A stretch of DNA of 64,000 nt. Origin: a virus. The position numbers and the translations under genes are program-made. Below, piece after piece: positions 43,397 through 51,984 of this stretch; the stretch's first letter is position 1, and the number at the start of each line of letters is the position of its first letter. The notes beneath the pieces are model-generated. The model ran no database searches and was not told where the DNA came from. It saw only the letters and a program-made list of their open reading frames with translations. The stretch covers positions 5,850 through 69,849 of IMG/VR virus record IMGVR_UViG_3300037321_000063; one strand, written 5' to 3'.

Positions 43397-44185
43397 TCAA
43401 ATAAAATTATCAATCGAATATTGATTTATTCTATCACTGGCTATTTTAAAATAACCCTCGTCTAGCTCTATGCCGATGAATGACCTGTTTAGGTTTTTAG
43501 ATGCTACTCCTGTAGTTCCTGAACCCATAAATGGGTCAAGCACAGTATCACCCTCTTTGCTCCAACTTATAACGTGATCATTGGCTAATTGCCAAGGAAA
43601 CGCGGCTGGGTGACCAGTTTTATGATTCCCTTTGTTTGTTACTAATTTCCATATATTCCATCTTGCGCCAAATTCTTTTATTTTATTGCCATAGCAAGAT
43701 GCTTTATTTAGTGCTCCGCTTGCCGATCTGTTAGTTCCAGTAACTTTTCGACCAAAAGAAAGATTAATTCTGTCATGTATAATATTCCTTGCTTTGGGCG
43801 CGCCTTTGCTAAATACAAACATATACTCAAAGCAACTTTGATATCTATTTTTATCTGGAAATGATATAGCGTCTTTTTCATAAATCATCGTATCGTGCAA
43901 CCTAAACCCACACTGCATTGCCCACAAAGCTTGCTTGAAACTTGTGCCTGTCTCGCTACCTTTTACAGTGGCATCGCCAACAACCCAGACAACAACACCA
44001 CCATCCTTAGTAACTCTATACAATTCTGCAATAACGGACTTCCATACATGTTCACCCCATTGTTCATTATTACCGTTGTAACTTCTTAAGTTATCATATG
44101 GTGGGCTTGTTACAGTTAAATCAACCGAGCCGTCTGGTATTTCTTTCATACGTTCAAGACAATCACCTTGCATTAGATTAATCAT
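43397..44185 (-). CDS. DNA amino-methyltransferase, beta class (SPPY, probably N4-cytosine)
   Basis: TSPPY, HPAAFP, VLDPFMGSGTT motifs. Confidence 0.92.
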   Translation of the reverse strand: MINLMQGDCLERMKEIPDGSVDLTVTSPPYDNLRSYNGNNEQWGEHVWKSVIAELYRVTKDGGVVVWVVGDATVKGSETGTSFKQALWAMQCGFRLHDTMIYEKDAISFPDKNRYQSCFEYMFVFSKGAPKARNIIHDRINLSFGRKVTGTNRSASGALNKASCYGNKIKEFGARWNIWKLVTNKGNHKTGHPAAFPWQLANDHVISWSKEGDTVLDPFMGSGTTGVASKNLNRSFIGIELDEGYFKIASDRINQYSIDNFI

Positions 44186-44934
44186 ATAAAATCATCAATA
44201 GAAAATTGATTTATTCTATCACTCGCTATTTTAAAATAATCTGGATCTAGTTCAATGCCTATAAAAGACCTATTTAAATTCTTAGCCGCTACGCCTGTTG
44301 TTCCGCTACCCATTGTAAAGTCTAAAACGGTTTCGGTTTCGTTCGTGTAGGTTTTAATTAGGTATTCCATTAATGCTACTGGTTTTTGTGTTGGGTGGAA
44401 TTTAGCCTTACTATCTACTGTATGTTTTGTTATTGATAAAGGGTAGTTTGTGTGAGTCTGAATAGCATCCCTATTTGCTGGTCCGTAACACTCTCCACTC
44501 GATCCAACCCCTATCCTACCCCTATCCCCTTTTGAGATTGTAGGAAAGTCTTTTTTAAGTAATGCCTGAGGGTTATATGTACATTGTTTCCCATAAAAAA
44601 CTACAATATCCTCATGCTTAACTAGTGGTCTTTTCTTAGCATTAAGATGTCCAGTTGCTTTAGATTTTTCCCATATCCAACAATACTTAAACATTTTGTA
44701 ATTAGAGCTAATCAAATTGGTCGTAAAAGGCTGTGATGCTGTCATAACTATCGCACCACTAGGTTTTATAATTCTTTTCAACTGCTCCCACATTGGTTCA
44801 AGCGGTATAATTGAGTCCCATGTGCATTTTGTCGTACCATAAGGTGGATCAGTCAAAACCATATCAACTGAACCATCTGGTATTTCTTTCATGCGTTCTA
44901 AGCAATCGCCTTGCATTAGATTAGAAGTCAACAT
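44182..44934 (-). CDS. DNA amino-methyltransferase, beta class (DPPY, probably N6-adenine)
   Basis: TDPPYG, HPTQKPV, VLDFTMGSGTT motifs. Confidence 0.92.
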   Translation of the reverse strand: MLTSNLMQGDCLERMKEIPDGSVDMVLTDPPYGTTKCTWDSIIPLEPMWEQLKRIIKPSGAIVMTASQPFTTNLISSNYKMFKYCWIWEKSKATGHLNAKKRPLVKHEDIVVFYGKQCTYNPQALLKKDFPTISKGDRGRIGVGSSGECYGPANRDAIQTHTNYPLSITKHTVDSKAKFHPTQKPVALMEYLIKTYTNETETVLDFTMGSGTTGVAAKNLNRSFIGIELDPDYFKIASDRINQFSIDDFI

Positions 44935-45400
44935 TTTTTACAAATCCAATCCAATTCTCTTGAAACTCATGCAATGTGGCTTTACCAAGATGTGTATTCC
45001 ACACTCGCTTATACATTGTCCACATACCATCAAAGTCGTTAAAATCTGGCATAGGCTCACTATCTCGCCAGTATTGCATTCTAGCAATGGCGGTAGAGTA
45101 GTAATTATTACCAACAAGTTCAATTTTATCTGATATGTTGATAATGTTAAAATTTTCCACTATACGTTCTTGACTTGGATGAAAGTATAAATAATTTTCA
45201 TAAAGATCATTTAGTGTTGGTTTTTCCATTTGATAGAGTCCAAGCGCCGGACCTTTAACTTGCTTTGCATAAAAACCGCAGTGACTTTCTTGCGCGGCTG
45301 TAGCTAACAACAATTGCCTTGCGGCTTTTGTATTATATTTGCTACCCATATGTTCAAGAACTGGTTTAATGATATAATCGTGTAATATTTGCGGTCGCAT
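44921..45400 (-). CDS. lysozyme-like fold protein (candidate endolysin)
   Basis: LLLATAAQES..G...Q..GPALGLYQME and YKRVWNT..GK resemble lysozyme/transglycosylase-like phage proteins. Confidence 0.6.
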   Translation of the reverse strand: MRPQILHDYIIKPVLEHMGSKYNTKAARQLLLATAAQESHCGFYAKQVKGPALGLYQMEKPTLNDLYENYLYFHPSQERIVENFNIINISDKIELVGNNYYSTAIARMQYWRDSEPMPDFNDFDGMWTMYKRVWNTHLGKATLHEFQENWIGFVKNVDF

Positions 45401-45661
45401 AATTTAACTCCTTAAAATTCGATCAGTCCAGATATATGAACCCATCCATTCTACGTTATATTTATCTACGTATCTAATTTCGGTTGTTTTTCAGTATCCA
45501 TGACAACTCGCTTTTTCGACTTCCTTTTTAAGATCGTACTCGATAGATAGAACAACTGGAATTAATTCGCGTTGTTCAGCTGAATTTAGCGTACCACCGG
45601 ATATAAGTCTTAATAATAATCTTGCTTCAATTTTATCTAAATTTAGGTACATGGTATTTCC

Positions 45662-45925
45662 TTAGTAGCCAGCCGGAATGATCGCGGTGCTATTGTTTAA
45701 ATATTCTAATCGCCGTTGGTATTCGGCTTCGTATGCGGGTTTTAATTCAGCCCATTTCTTACGGAAAAAATCATTATCCTGTCGTTCCTTTAGAGTGTAT
45801 TTATCATAAACCCCATCGGATTCTAAAGCGGCAATGACATCGGTAGTTAACTTATCCGCATAGGGTCGGTAATCTGGATTGAATGGTGCTGGTGCATTAT
45901 TGTGCCAGTAATCAAAGAGAGCCAT
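45662..45925 (-). CDS. hypothetical protein
   Basis: ORF with GAGGTG RBS. Confidence 0.65.
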   Translation of the reverse strand: MALFDYWHNNAPAPFNPDYRPYADKLTTDVIAALESDGVYDKYTLKERQDNDFFRKKWAELKPAYEAEYQRRLEYLNNSTAIIPAGY

Positions 45926-46095
45926 TATAATTGCACCTCACCGTGAATAAGCTGATAATAACTTTCTTTACTTATTTCGTAATATCGAACACACTTATGA
46001 CCCGCGAAGTCAAACTTAATTGTGTCCTTAAGATCATCTTCTGACACCCAGATTCCGCGTTTATTTTGTAACGATTCAACAATATAATATTTCAT
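45925..46095 (-). CDS. hypothetical protein (56 aa)
   Basis: Manual ORF MKYYIVESLQNKRGIWV... downstream of TTGACA-17-TATTGT. Confidence 0.55.
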   Translation of the reverse strand: MKYYIVESLQNKRGIWVSEDDLKDTIKFDFAGHKCVRYYEISKESYYQLIHGEVQL

Positions 46096-46457
46096 AATTT
46101 AATTCTCACTTTTTGCTAGGGAATTAGTACAATAATCTATTTTCAGATTTTTGTCAAGAGTTATTTAATTTTTAAAATTTCTGTTATCTTTCATTTTAAA
46201 TTTGTTAAATGGGTGATTCCGCTTAACTACAGAAACCTCTTTATATTTAAAATCACGATTGTACCCATAACTTGGATTAATTACAATTACGAATTCATCA
46301 TTAGTTGAATTTATCATAAGTACACCATTTGGAAAATGTTCATAAATATAAGGTTTTCATGTTGGTATATTTATCGCACGTATCGCCGCACGTTCTAATC
46401 CGGTTAATTTGAAACCGTCATAATCTACATAATCAATTTCAAGTTCTGGTAATTGTT

Positions 46458-46640
46458 TCATAATTTATCCTTATAATGTACCCATATAGCTAAACGCCAT
46501 ATTACAATTCGATTTACTATCGTATCTACGCGCACTTCTTCAGCATCAAGTTTTCGATAATCAAAAAGACCGCAATCCCAACCAGCCCAAGTTGGGCATA
46601 TTATGGTATAAATTGTATATTTTTTAAAATTAAGTCTCAT
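46458..46640 (-). CDS. hypothetical protein
   Basis: ORF with AAGGA RBS. Confidence 0.55.
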   Translation of the reverse strand: MRLNFKKYTIYTIICPTWAGWDCGLFDYRKLDAEEVRVDTIVNRIVIWRLAIWVHYKDKL

Positions 46641-46649
46641 GACTGTCCT

Positions 46650-46877
46650 TTATGCGGCTATTAACACCGCTAATTCTTTAAACACTTTCGAAACTTTCGA
46701 TAATTCACTTAGGTTATCGAAGAATCGAATTTTTGGATTAAAGGACAAAGACTTTCTTTGACTCCATACTTCAAACTCATTCGGCTTTTGAAATATGGTG
46801 TAATCAGTACCGCGACTTTCGAAACTGTAAATTGTAACATTTTCGTCATATTCGGAAATTTCACTTTTTATCATCAT
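46650..46877 (-). CDS. hypothetical early protein
   Basis: First gene after the promoter at 46911-46946. Confidence 0.65.
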   Translation of the reverse strand: MMIKSEISEYDENVTIYSFESRGTDYTIFQKPNEFEVWSQRKSLSFNPKIRFFDNLSELSKVSKVFKELAVLIAA

Positions 46878-46910
46878 ATATTTCTCGCTTATTTGGTTAA
46901 TTGCCTAACT

Positions 46911-46946
46911 GAGTACCTATATTATCATACCGAACGGCAAATGCAA
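46911..46946 (-). promoter_or_regulatory. early promoter with AGGTACTC motif
   Basis: TTGCAT-16-TAATAT-AGGTACTC. Confidence 0.6.
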
Positions 46947-47050
46947 TCTTTTTATGAAAATACAAATGTGTAATGTTTTTATATAGAAATTGGCAAATTT
47001 TCACAAATATATTTGGTAGTAACTTTAATTTAACCAAATGTAGCGGTATA

Positions 47051-47292
47051 TTATACACCCATTAAATTAAAGTTATTAACACACTCCACATGATTTTTGA
47101 TTGTCTCACAGTGGCATTTTTTTGGAAAGCAATAGCAACCTAATGTAATATCGTCATACTCATGCAATGCTACCATATATCCAATATACCTACTGAACTT
47201 ACTATCTGAGTCTTTAAGTTCTTTATTAAACCACAGTAAAAATAATTAATTTTTGGAATTTGCTGATTAGATATATTAATAATGTTAATCAT
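47051..47292 (-). pseudogene. DUF4326-like gene with internal deletion and frameshift
   Basis: One frame gives MINIINISNQQIPKINYFYCG; a shifted frame gives WFNKEL...ITLGCYCFPKKCHCETIK; the central GNPF part is missing. Confidence 0.7.
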
Positions 47293-47507
47293 TTGTCTAT
47301 AACGAAATACGTGTTGTATTCCCTTCCCTTTTTGATAGGGCTACGTTCTGCCCAATTACCAGCTATGCCAAGAGTACCGAATTGATACGTATCACCAAAT
47401 TGTTTCATAATATCACCGCCGCATGTTACGGCACTCAATACTCGATACTTTTCTTTTCGTCTACCCATGTGATTCAGGGTGTATGTGTTCGACTTACTTA
47501 TTTTCAT
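47289..47507 (-). CDS. hypothetical protein
   Basis: ORF with ATGA overlaps at both ends. Confidence 0.55.
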   Translation of the reverse strand: MKISKSNTYTLNHMGRRKEKYRVLSAVTCGGDIMKQFGDTYQFGTLGIAGNWAERSPIKKGREYNTYFVIDK

Positions 47508-47866
47508 AATGTATATCCAATTATTCTGGTTTCGATTCCGCGATCATTCGCAATATCAATCATATTTTTAGTACCATCCGATAACCCATCCCAAAATGCT
47601 ATTAAGTGAGAGCCATTATCGGCAAGTTCTAAGTTTCGCTTAAATCCCGCCGAAAGTCCATATTTTTTCCAATTTGCTTTCTTAATTATTTTTTGAAGAT
47701 TATGTTCATCCGCATAATCTTCACCTAAAGTATCAGCGCCTAGTGCATGACCGGATACTATAATAGCATCAAATGGGCAATAGATTTCAGCTATAAATTT
47801 ATCAACTTCAAACTTCAATAATTCATAATCGATAAAATCTCTACCACCCGCTATGATTAAATTCAC
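47504..47866 (-). CDS. SLOG-superfamily (YspA/DUF2493-like) protein
   Basis: IIAGGRDF, VSGHALGADTLGE, AGFKRN, LIAFWDG.S.GT motifs. Confidence 0.85.
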   Translation of the reverse strand: MNLIIAGGRDFIDYELLKFEVDKFIAEIYCPFDAIIVSGHALGADTLGEDYADEHNLQKIIKKANWKKYGLSAGFKRNLELADNGSHLIAFWDGLSDGTKNMIDIANDRGIETRIIGYTL

Positions 47867-48273
47867 ATTAAGCCTAATTCGATTTTCCGCATTTCTACAG
47901 CCGACTTTAAATTAAAACCTCTATTGATAAATGATTTACATGCATCTTCTATCTGTTTAACTTTAATATCGTTCATATCTATTTGAGATTGAATCCTGAT
48001 CAAATTCATATCGGTATCCAACATCATCTTTATTTCGGTTTTGTCTAATACAAATTCATACGGTTCGTCAGATCTACCACTATAAAACATCCAACTTTTA
48101 CGTTTTGCTATAGCTAATTTATTGACTAGAATCTTACTTTCGATCCTGTGATCAGCCAACATATTAATAAATCTACCATGCCTTAAACAATTATCTAGTA
48201 ATTCATGTTCGATCTTTTCTGGATCTATATACAACTTTTCTTCTATAAGTAATTTTATTTCGTCTAACTTCAT
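47863..48273 (-). CDS. uvsY: recombination mediator UvsY
   Basis: ID...IEHE, FYSGR, KTEIK..LDTD, RGFNLKSAVEMRK motifs. Confidence 0.9.
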   Translation of the reverse strand: MKLDEIKLLIEEKLYIDPEKIEHELLDNCLRHGRFINMLADHRIESKILVNKLAIAKRKSWMFYSGRSDEPYEFVLDKTEIKMMLDTDMNLIRIQSQIDMNDIKVKQIEDACKSFINRGFNLKSAVEMRKIELGLM

Positions 48274-48290
48274 ATTTTAATCTCAACTAG

Positions 48291-48445
48291 TTTTCACCGG
48301 AGGTGGATTCACCGTAGGTGACTTATGTGAAATGACCTGTATGATCCCTTAAGATATATTAAAGGAATTAAACAGGTCATTTTTTGGTATTATATAGATT
48401 ATAGATTCACCGTTAGGTGAAATTACATTCACTTCGTTCATTCCA
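48291..48445. repeat. intergenic cluster of three CACC-N3/4-GGTG palindromes and a 10-bp inverted repeat
   Basis: Palindromes start at 48295, 48310 and 48408; AATGACCTGT (48331) pairs with ACAGGTCATT (48372). Confidence 0.75.
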
Positions 48446-48630
48446 TAAAACATTTTTGTTTATATATAGATTATAAATATTATATATATCATCTGGCGGC
48501 TGAATTGCATTTAGGGTAGCATATAAATATTAAATAGTAAACACTTTCGTAAAATAAATTTATATTTTTTACTTTTACTAAATAATAATGGTATAATATT
48601 CGAACTATAATCAACTAAGAGGTTTATATT

Positions 48631-49332
48631 GTGAAGACACTATGTATATGTGGGAAAAAGCGAAGTGGTAAGGATACAGTAGCGGCAATGGTTAAATCAT
48701 TATATCCATCTATTTCTTATGGTTTAGCTTATCCGGTTAAAGTTGCATTAGCGGCTGGGTTCTCTGGAATAAAGACTAATCAAGGTTATTTAGATTATGA
48801 TGCGTTTGATGGAACAAATGAAAATATTGATCGGGAAGCTATTTTAGATATTGATTTTAACGTAATCATTAAATCGATATCTATGGGCTTTAAAGTTATT
48901 GGGCGAGACCTACAGGAAGAATTGGGTGCGAAAGCCGTCTCAGAGCTAATGAGGGGTCTTTCTGTAGAGTATAATAAGAATGATGGGTTCAGTATGAGAC
49001 AACTAATGCAAATTGTCGGTACTGATATTGGGTGTAATGTATTGGGTAAGGATATCTGGCTAAACTTTATGCTTGATGTTTGGATCAAATCACTACAGAA
49101 GGGTATTTATGAATATTTTATAGTTACTGACTGTAGACAATCGCACGAAATACAAATGTTTAGGGCAATGCAAGCTAATATCTTGCACGTTAATAGAACG
49201 TGTATAAATAGTACTGATACTCATATTACAGAAGTAGGTATTGAACCACTTAAAAATGAGCAAATTATTGAAAACAACACTACGCTTGACGATTTATACG
49301 AGAGCGTTAAACAATCAATTTACAGGAATTAA
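48631..49332 (+). CDS. gp1: deoxynucleoside monophosphate kinase gp1
   Basis: GKKRSGKDT, RQLMQIVGTD, VTDCRQ.HE, HITE motifs. Confidence 0.93.
   Translation: MKTLCICGKKRSGKDTVAAMVKSLYPSISYGLAYPVKVALAAGFSGIKTNQGYLDYDAFDGTNENIDREAILDIDFNVIIKSISMGFKVIGRDLQEELGAKAVSELMRGLSVEYNKNDGFSMRQLMQIVGTDIGCNVLGKDIWLNFMLDVWIKSLQKGIYEYFIVTDCRQSHEIQMFRAMQANILHVNRTCINSTDTHITEVGIEPLKNEQIIENNTTLDDLYESVKQSIYRN
49203..49210 (+). promoter_or_regulatory. late promoter inside gp1, upstream of internal-protein genes
   Basis: TATAAATA about 130 nt upstream of 49338. Confidence 0.6.
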
Positions 49333-49337
49333 GAAAT

Positions 49338-49862
49338 ATGAAAACATTTGACCAGTTCGTAGTAGAGCAAGATGATATTGATGAAAATGTCAATACATCT
49401 TCCATATTTAAGTCAATGTCTAAAGATAAAGGTTCAGCGATAGCTAATAGGGTTATTGTAAAGGCATTTAAATCGAATGATCAGATGCGAAAATTTATGA
49501 ATAGTGGTGATAATGCTACTCAATGGAAGGAAACTGAACAAGAAGGTCTTAAATCTGGTAAATATAAAATATCAATGTCAAAAGGTTCAGATGGTAAAGC
49601 TAAAAAAGAATTTGTAAAAGTTTCTGAATCTGATGAAAATCAGTACGTATCAGAAAGCGATATGAGCCATAAGTTTATTCGAGAAAAATTTGCAGAAGTA
49701 GCAAGACATCTTATAAAGGGAATGGATTTAGCAGACGATTTTGCCAATGAAGCCCAAGATGATCCAAAATTAAAATCCGCAATAGATAAACTTATGGTAC
49801 AAATAGCCAAAAGTAAGCAATTATGTGATTCTTCACATAACGCATTTAAAAGTTACAAATAA
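49338..49862 (+). CDS. putative two-domain internal head protein (MKTFDQFVVE)
   Basis: CTS-like start; internal VSE sites; C-terminal domain resembles the gp21 extension. Confidence 0.7.
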   Translation: MKTFDQFVVEQDDIDENVNTSSIFKSMSKDKGSAIANRVIVKAFKSNDQMRKFMNSGDNATQWKETEQEGLKSGKYKISMSKGSDGKAKKEFVKVSESDENQYVSESDMSHKFIREKFAEVARHLIKGMDLADDFANEAQDDPKLKSAIDKLMVQIAKSKQLCDSSHNAFKSYK

Positions 49863-49890
49863 CTAATCCAATTTACAGGAATCAAAAAAT

Positions 49891-50301
49891 ATGAAAACAT
49901 TTGACCAGTTCGTAGTAGAGCAAGAAGCACTTGATTTAATCGAAGCCGAAAAGAAAAAGAAATTAGACCCAGTTGGTAAAGCCGATGGTGATATTGACAA
50001 CGATGGTGACGAAGACGAATCCGATGAATATCTAGCAAAGAGACGTAAAGCTATATCAAAAGATATGAAAGAAGAAGATGAAGACTACGATGATGAAGAC
50101 GATGAAATGTCTGAAGAAATGAAAAAGAAAAAACGCATGGCTGAAATGAAGAAAAAGAAAATGGCTGAAGAATATGAAGACGATGATGAAGAAGACGATG
50201 AAGAAGACGATGAAGAAGACGATGAAGATCAAATGTCTGAAGAAATGAAAAAGAAAAAACGCATGGCTGAAATGAAAAAAAGAAAAGACGGTAGTTATTA
50301 A
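49891..50301 (+). CDS. acidic/basic repetitive internal (core-like) protein (MKTFDQFVVE)
   Basis: CTS-like start, LDPVGKADGDIDNDGD motif, repeated MSEEMKKKKRMAEMKK. Confidence 0.7.
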   Translation: MKTFDQFVVEQEALDLIEAEKKKKLDPVGKADGDIDNDGDEDESDEYLAKRRKAISKDMKEEDEDYDDEDDEMSEEMKKKKRMAEMKKKKMAEEYEDDDEEDDEEDDEEDDEDQMSEEMKKKKRMAEMKKRKDGSY

Positions 50302-50321
50302 TTAATAGTTTAAAATAAAAC

Positions 50322-50360
50322 CATCAACTGGGTGTTATTCATCCAGTTGATGTATAAATA
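50322..50360 (+). promoter_or_regulatory. 13-bp hairpin abutting a late promoter
   Basis: CATCAACTGGGTG/CATCCAGTTGATG, then TATAAATA at 50353. Confidence 0.7.
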
Positions 50361-50377
50361 GAAGTAGGTAATATAAA

Positions 50378-50734
50378 TTGAAATCATTCATTGAATTAAA
50401 ACATAGCTTAAATGAAGCATCTAAGCGATTTGAATCCGATTATATTAAAAAATTAAAAATGGTTGCTAATCGAAAATCTGAATCTGAAGATGTTAACTTG
50501 GTCAATGGCTTTGTAATTAAAGTTACCAAGTTAAAATCTGAATTATTTCACAAAGGTAATTTGGTTAGTGTGATTGATAAAGCCAACGGTTTAATTAACG
50601 ATGGTTATCAGTTACCAAATGTTAGACCATTTAGTGAATACGAAAAGATACAAAATTTTGAAGACCTTGACCAGTTGGTTAAGATGATAAAGTTAGGAAA
50701 AACCAGACAGCAAATTGTCTGGAATAAATTATAA
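50378..50734 (+). CDS. putative internal head protein (MKSFIEL..LNE), paralog of 35087 gene
   Basis: TTG start after late promoter; shares motifs with the 35087 protein. Confidence 0.65.
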   Translation: MKSFIELKHSLNEASKRFESDYIKKLKMVANRKSESEDVNLVNGFVIKVTKLKSELFHKGNLVSVIDKANGLINDGYQLPNVRPFSEYEKIQNFEDLDQLVKMIKLGKTRQQIVWNKL

Positions 50735-50753
50735 TTTCTTGAAGGAACGTAAG

Positions 50754-51113
50754 TTGAAAACATTTGCAGAATTTGTAAAAATGAAAGATGATCCATGTTG
50801 GAAAGGGTATAAGATGGTGGGTTCTAAAAAGCTCAAAGGTAAAACCGTTCCAAACTGTGTTAAAGAAACTGACGTTAAAGAAAGGTCAACTTCACAATTA
50901 GCCGGAAATTTACTTTCTCTAATGGCTGATGATACTACATTTGACGAAGTTAAAGATAGTATGCGTAAAGTTGTCGTTAGTTCTCCGCTATTTCAAGTAA
51001 AAAATTCCTTGGCAAAAAGAACAATATTAGTCGATATAGATAAGGCTAGAAATGTTAGAGACTTTGAAAAAGTTACTAAAAAATATAATTTAGAAGCACT
51101 ATTAGTTACATAA
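50754..51113 (+). CDS. putative internal head protein (TTG start, MKTFAEFVK; PCWKGY..VPNCV motif)
   Basis: AAGGA RBS at 50742; CTS-like start. Confidence 0.65.
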   Translation: MKTFAEFVKMKDDPCWKGYKMVGSKKLKGKTVPNCVKETDVKERSTSQLAGNLLSLMADDTTFDEVKDSMRKVVVSSPLFQVKNSLAKRTILVDIDKARNVRDFEKVTKKYNLEALLVT

Positions 51114-51161
51114 ACTAGACGGCTTAATAAGCCCAAATAAAGTATAAAATGAGGGACCAAA

Positions 51162-51422
51162 ATGGAGACATACCATTACGTTACAATAGGATTAGGAATT
51201 GTTAATCTTTTTTTAGTGGCAATAATTTATCCAATGCACGTTTCTATAAAAGACGTAGATTCGGACGTTAAAATAATTGAAAGGGATGTTAAAGAGCTAC
51301 GTACTATGGTTCAGACAGAATATATGTCTAAATTAGACTTCAAAGACCATTTAGAAAGAATTGAAAAAAGTTTAGATGAAGTCAAGGCAATGCTAATACT
51401 TCATAATAAGAACAGTGGGTAA
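51162..51422 (+). CDS. single-TM plus coiled-coil protein (holin-like)
   Basis: N-terminal hydrophobic helix followed by heptad repeats. Confidence 0.5.
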   Translation: METYHYVTIGLGIVNLFLVAIIYPMHVSIKDVDSDVKIIERDVKELRTMVQTEYMSKLDFKDHLERIEKSLDEVKAMLILHNKNSG

Positions 51423-51427
51423 TTATC

Positions 51428-51664
51428 ATGCCTAAATCTGTATTAATGATTGATAACAAAATTTATCTTGAAAGTATATCAGCAAGATTAGATGGGTTAA
51501 TGCTATCAGATACCGATAGATGTATGCGTAAATCTATAAAATCTAACTTATCAATTAACGAAATGCAAAAATTTATTGATAATGAGTTTATGATAAATTC
51601 GATAGATAAAGCACTATTAAGTATATCGAATTTAAAAATTGCAAATTGCTACAATAAAAAATAA
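51428..51664 (+). CDS. hypothetical protein
   Basis: ORF in operon. Confidence 0.5.
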   Translation: MPKSVLMIDNKIYLESISARLDGLMLSDTDRCMRKSIKSNLSINEMQKFIDNEFMINSIDKALLSISNLKIANCYNKK

Positions 51665-51678
51665 ATAAGGGTTAACAT

Positions 51679-51975
51679 ATGTTAGATTTAAGTGGAACTG
51701 ATGCAAACGGTGACTACGAAATTAGTGACTACGAAGCGAAGAAAAGTGCTATAGCATATTCTTCGCAAAGAGCTATACGATACTATGGAACATTTTCAAG
51801 TGCAACAATGCAAATTGGATTTAGAGGTAGAGACGGTCAAGGTCACTTTGACCCTGTAGAATATGATGCCGATGGGAGTCAAATTGTTGTTGTTGGTAGA
51901 ACCGGTCGAGTTATGGTAAGAGTTGCCAATGCAACCAGTTCGACCGTATTATATATAGATGAATTATTTATATAA
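51679..51975 (+). CDS. hypothetical beta-rich protein
   Basis: ORF with AAGGG RBS. Confidence 0.6.
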   Translation: MLDLSGTDANGDYEISDYEAKKSAIAYSSQRAIRYYGTFSSATMQIGFRGRDGQGHFDPVEYDADGSQIVVVGRTGRVMVRVANATSSTVLYIDELFI

Positions 51976-51984
51976 CAGGGGATT

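Noticed and set aside
46165-46461. Possible 98-codon gene with one internal TGA
   Set aside because: Could equally be two small genes (second ATG at 46317 with GGTG upstream); no recognisable homology to decide.
48291-50290. CRISPR-like array from the short repeats near 48295 or within the 49891 gene
   Set aside because: Repeats are too short, irregularly spaced or coding; no cas genes in the window.
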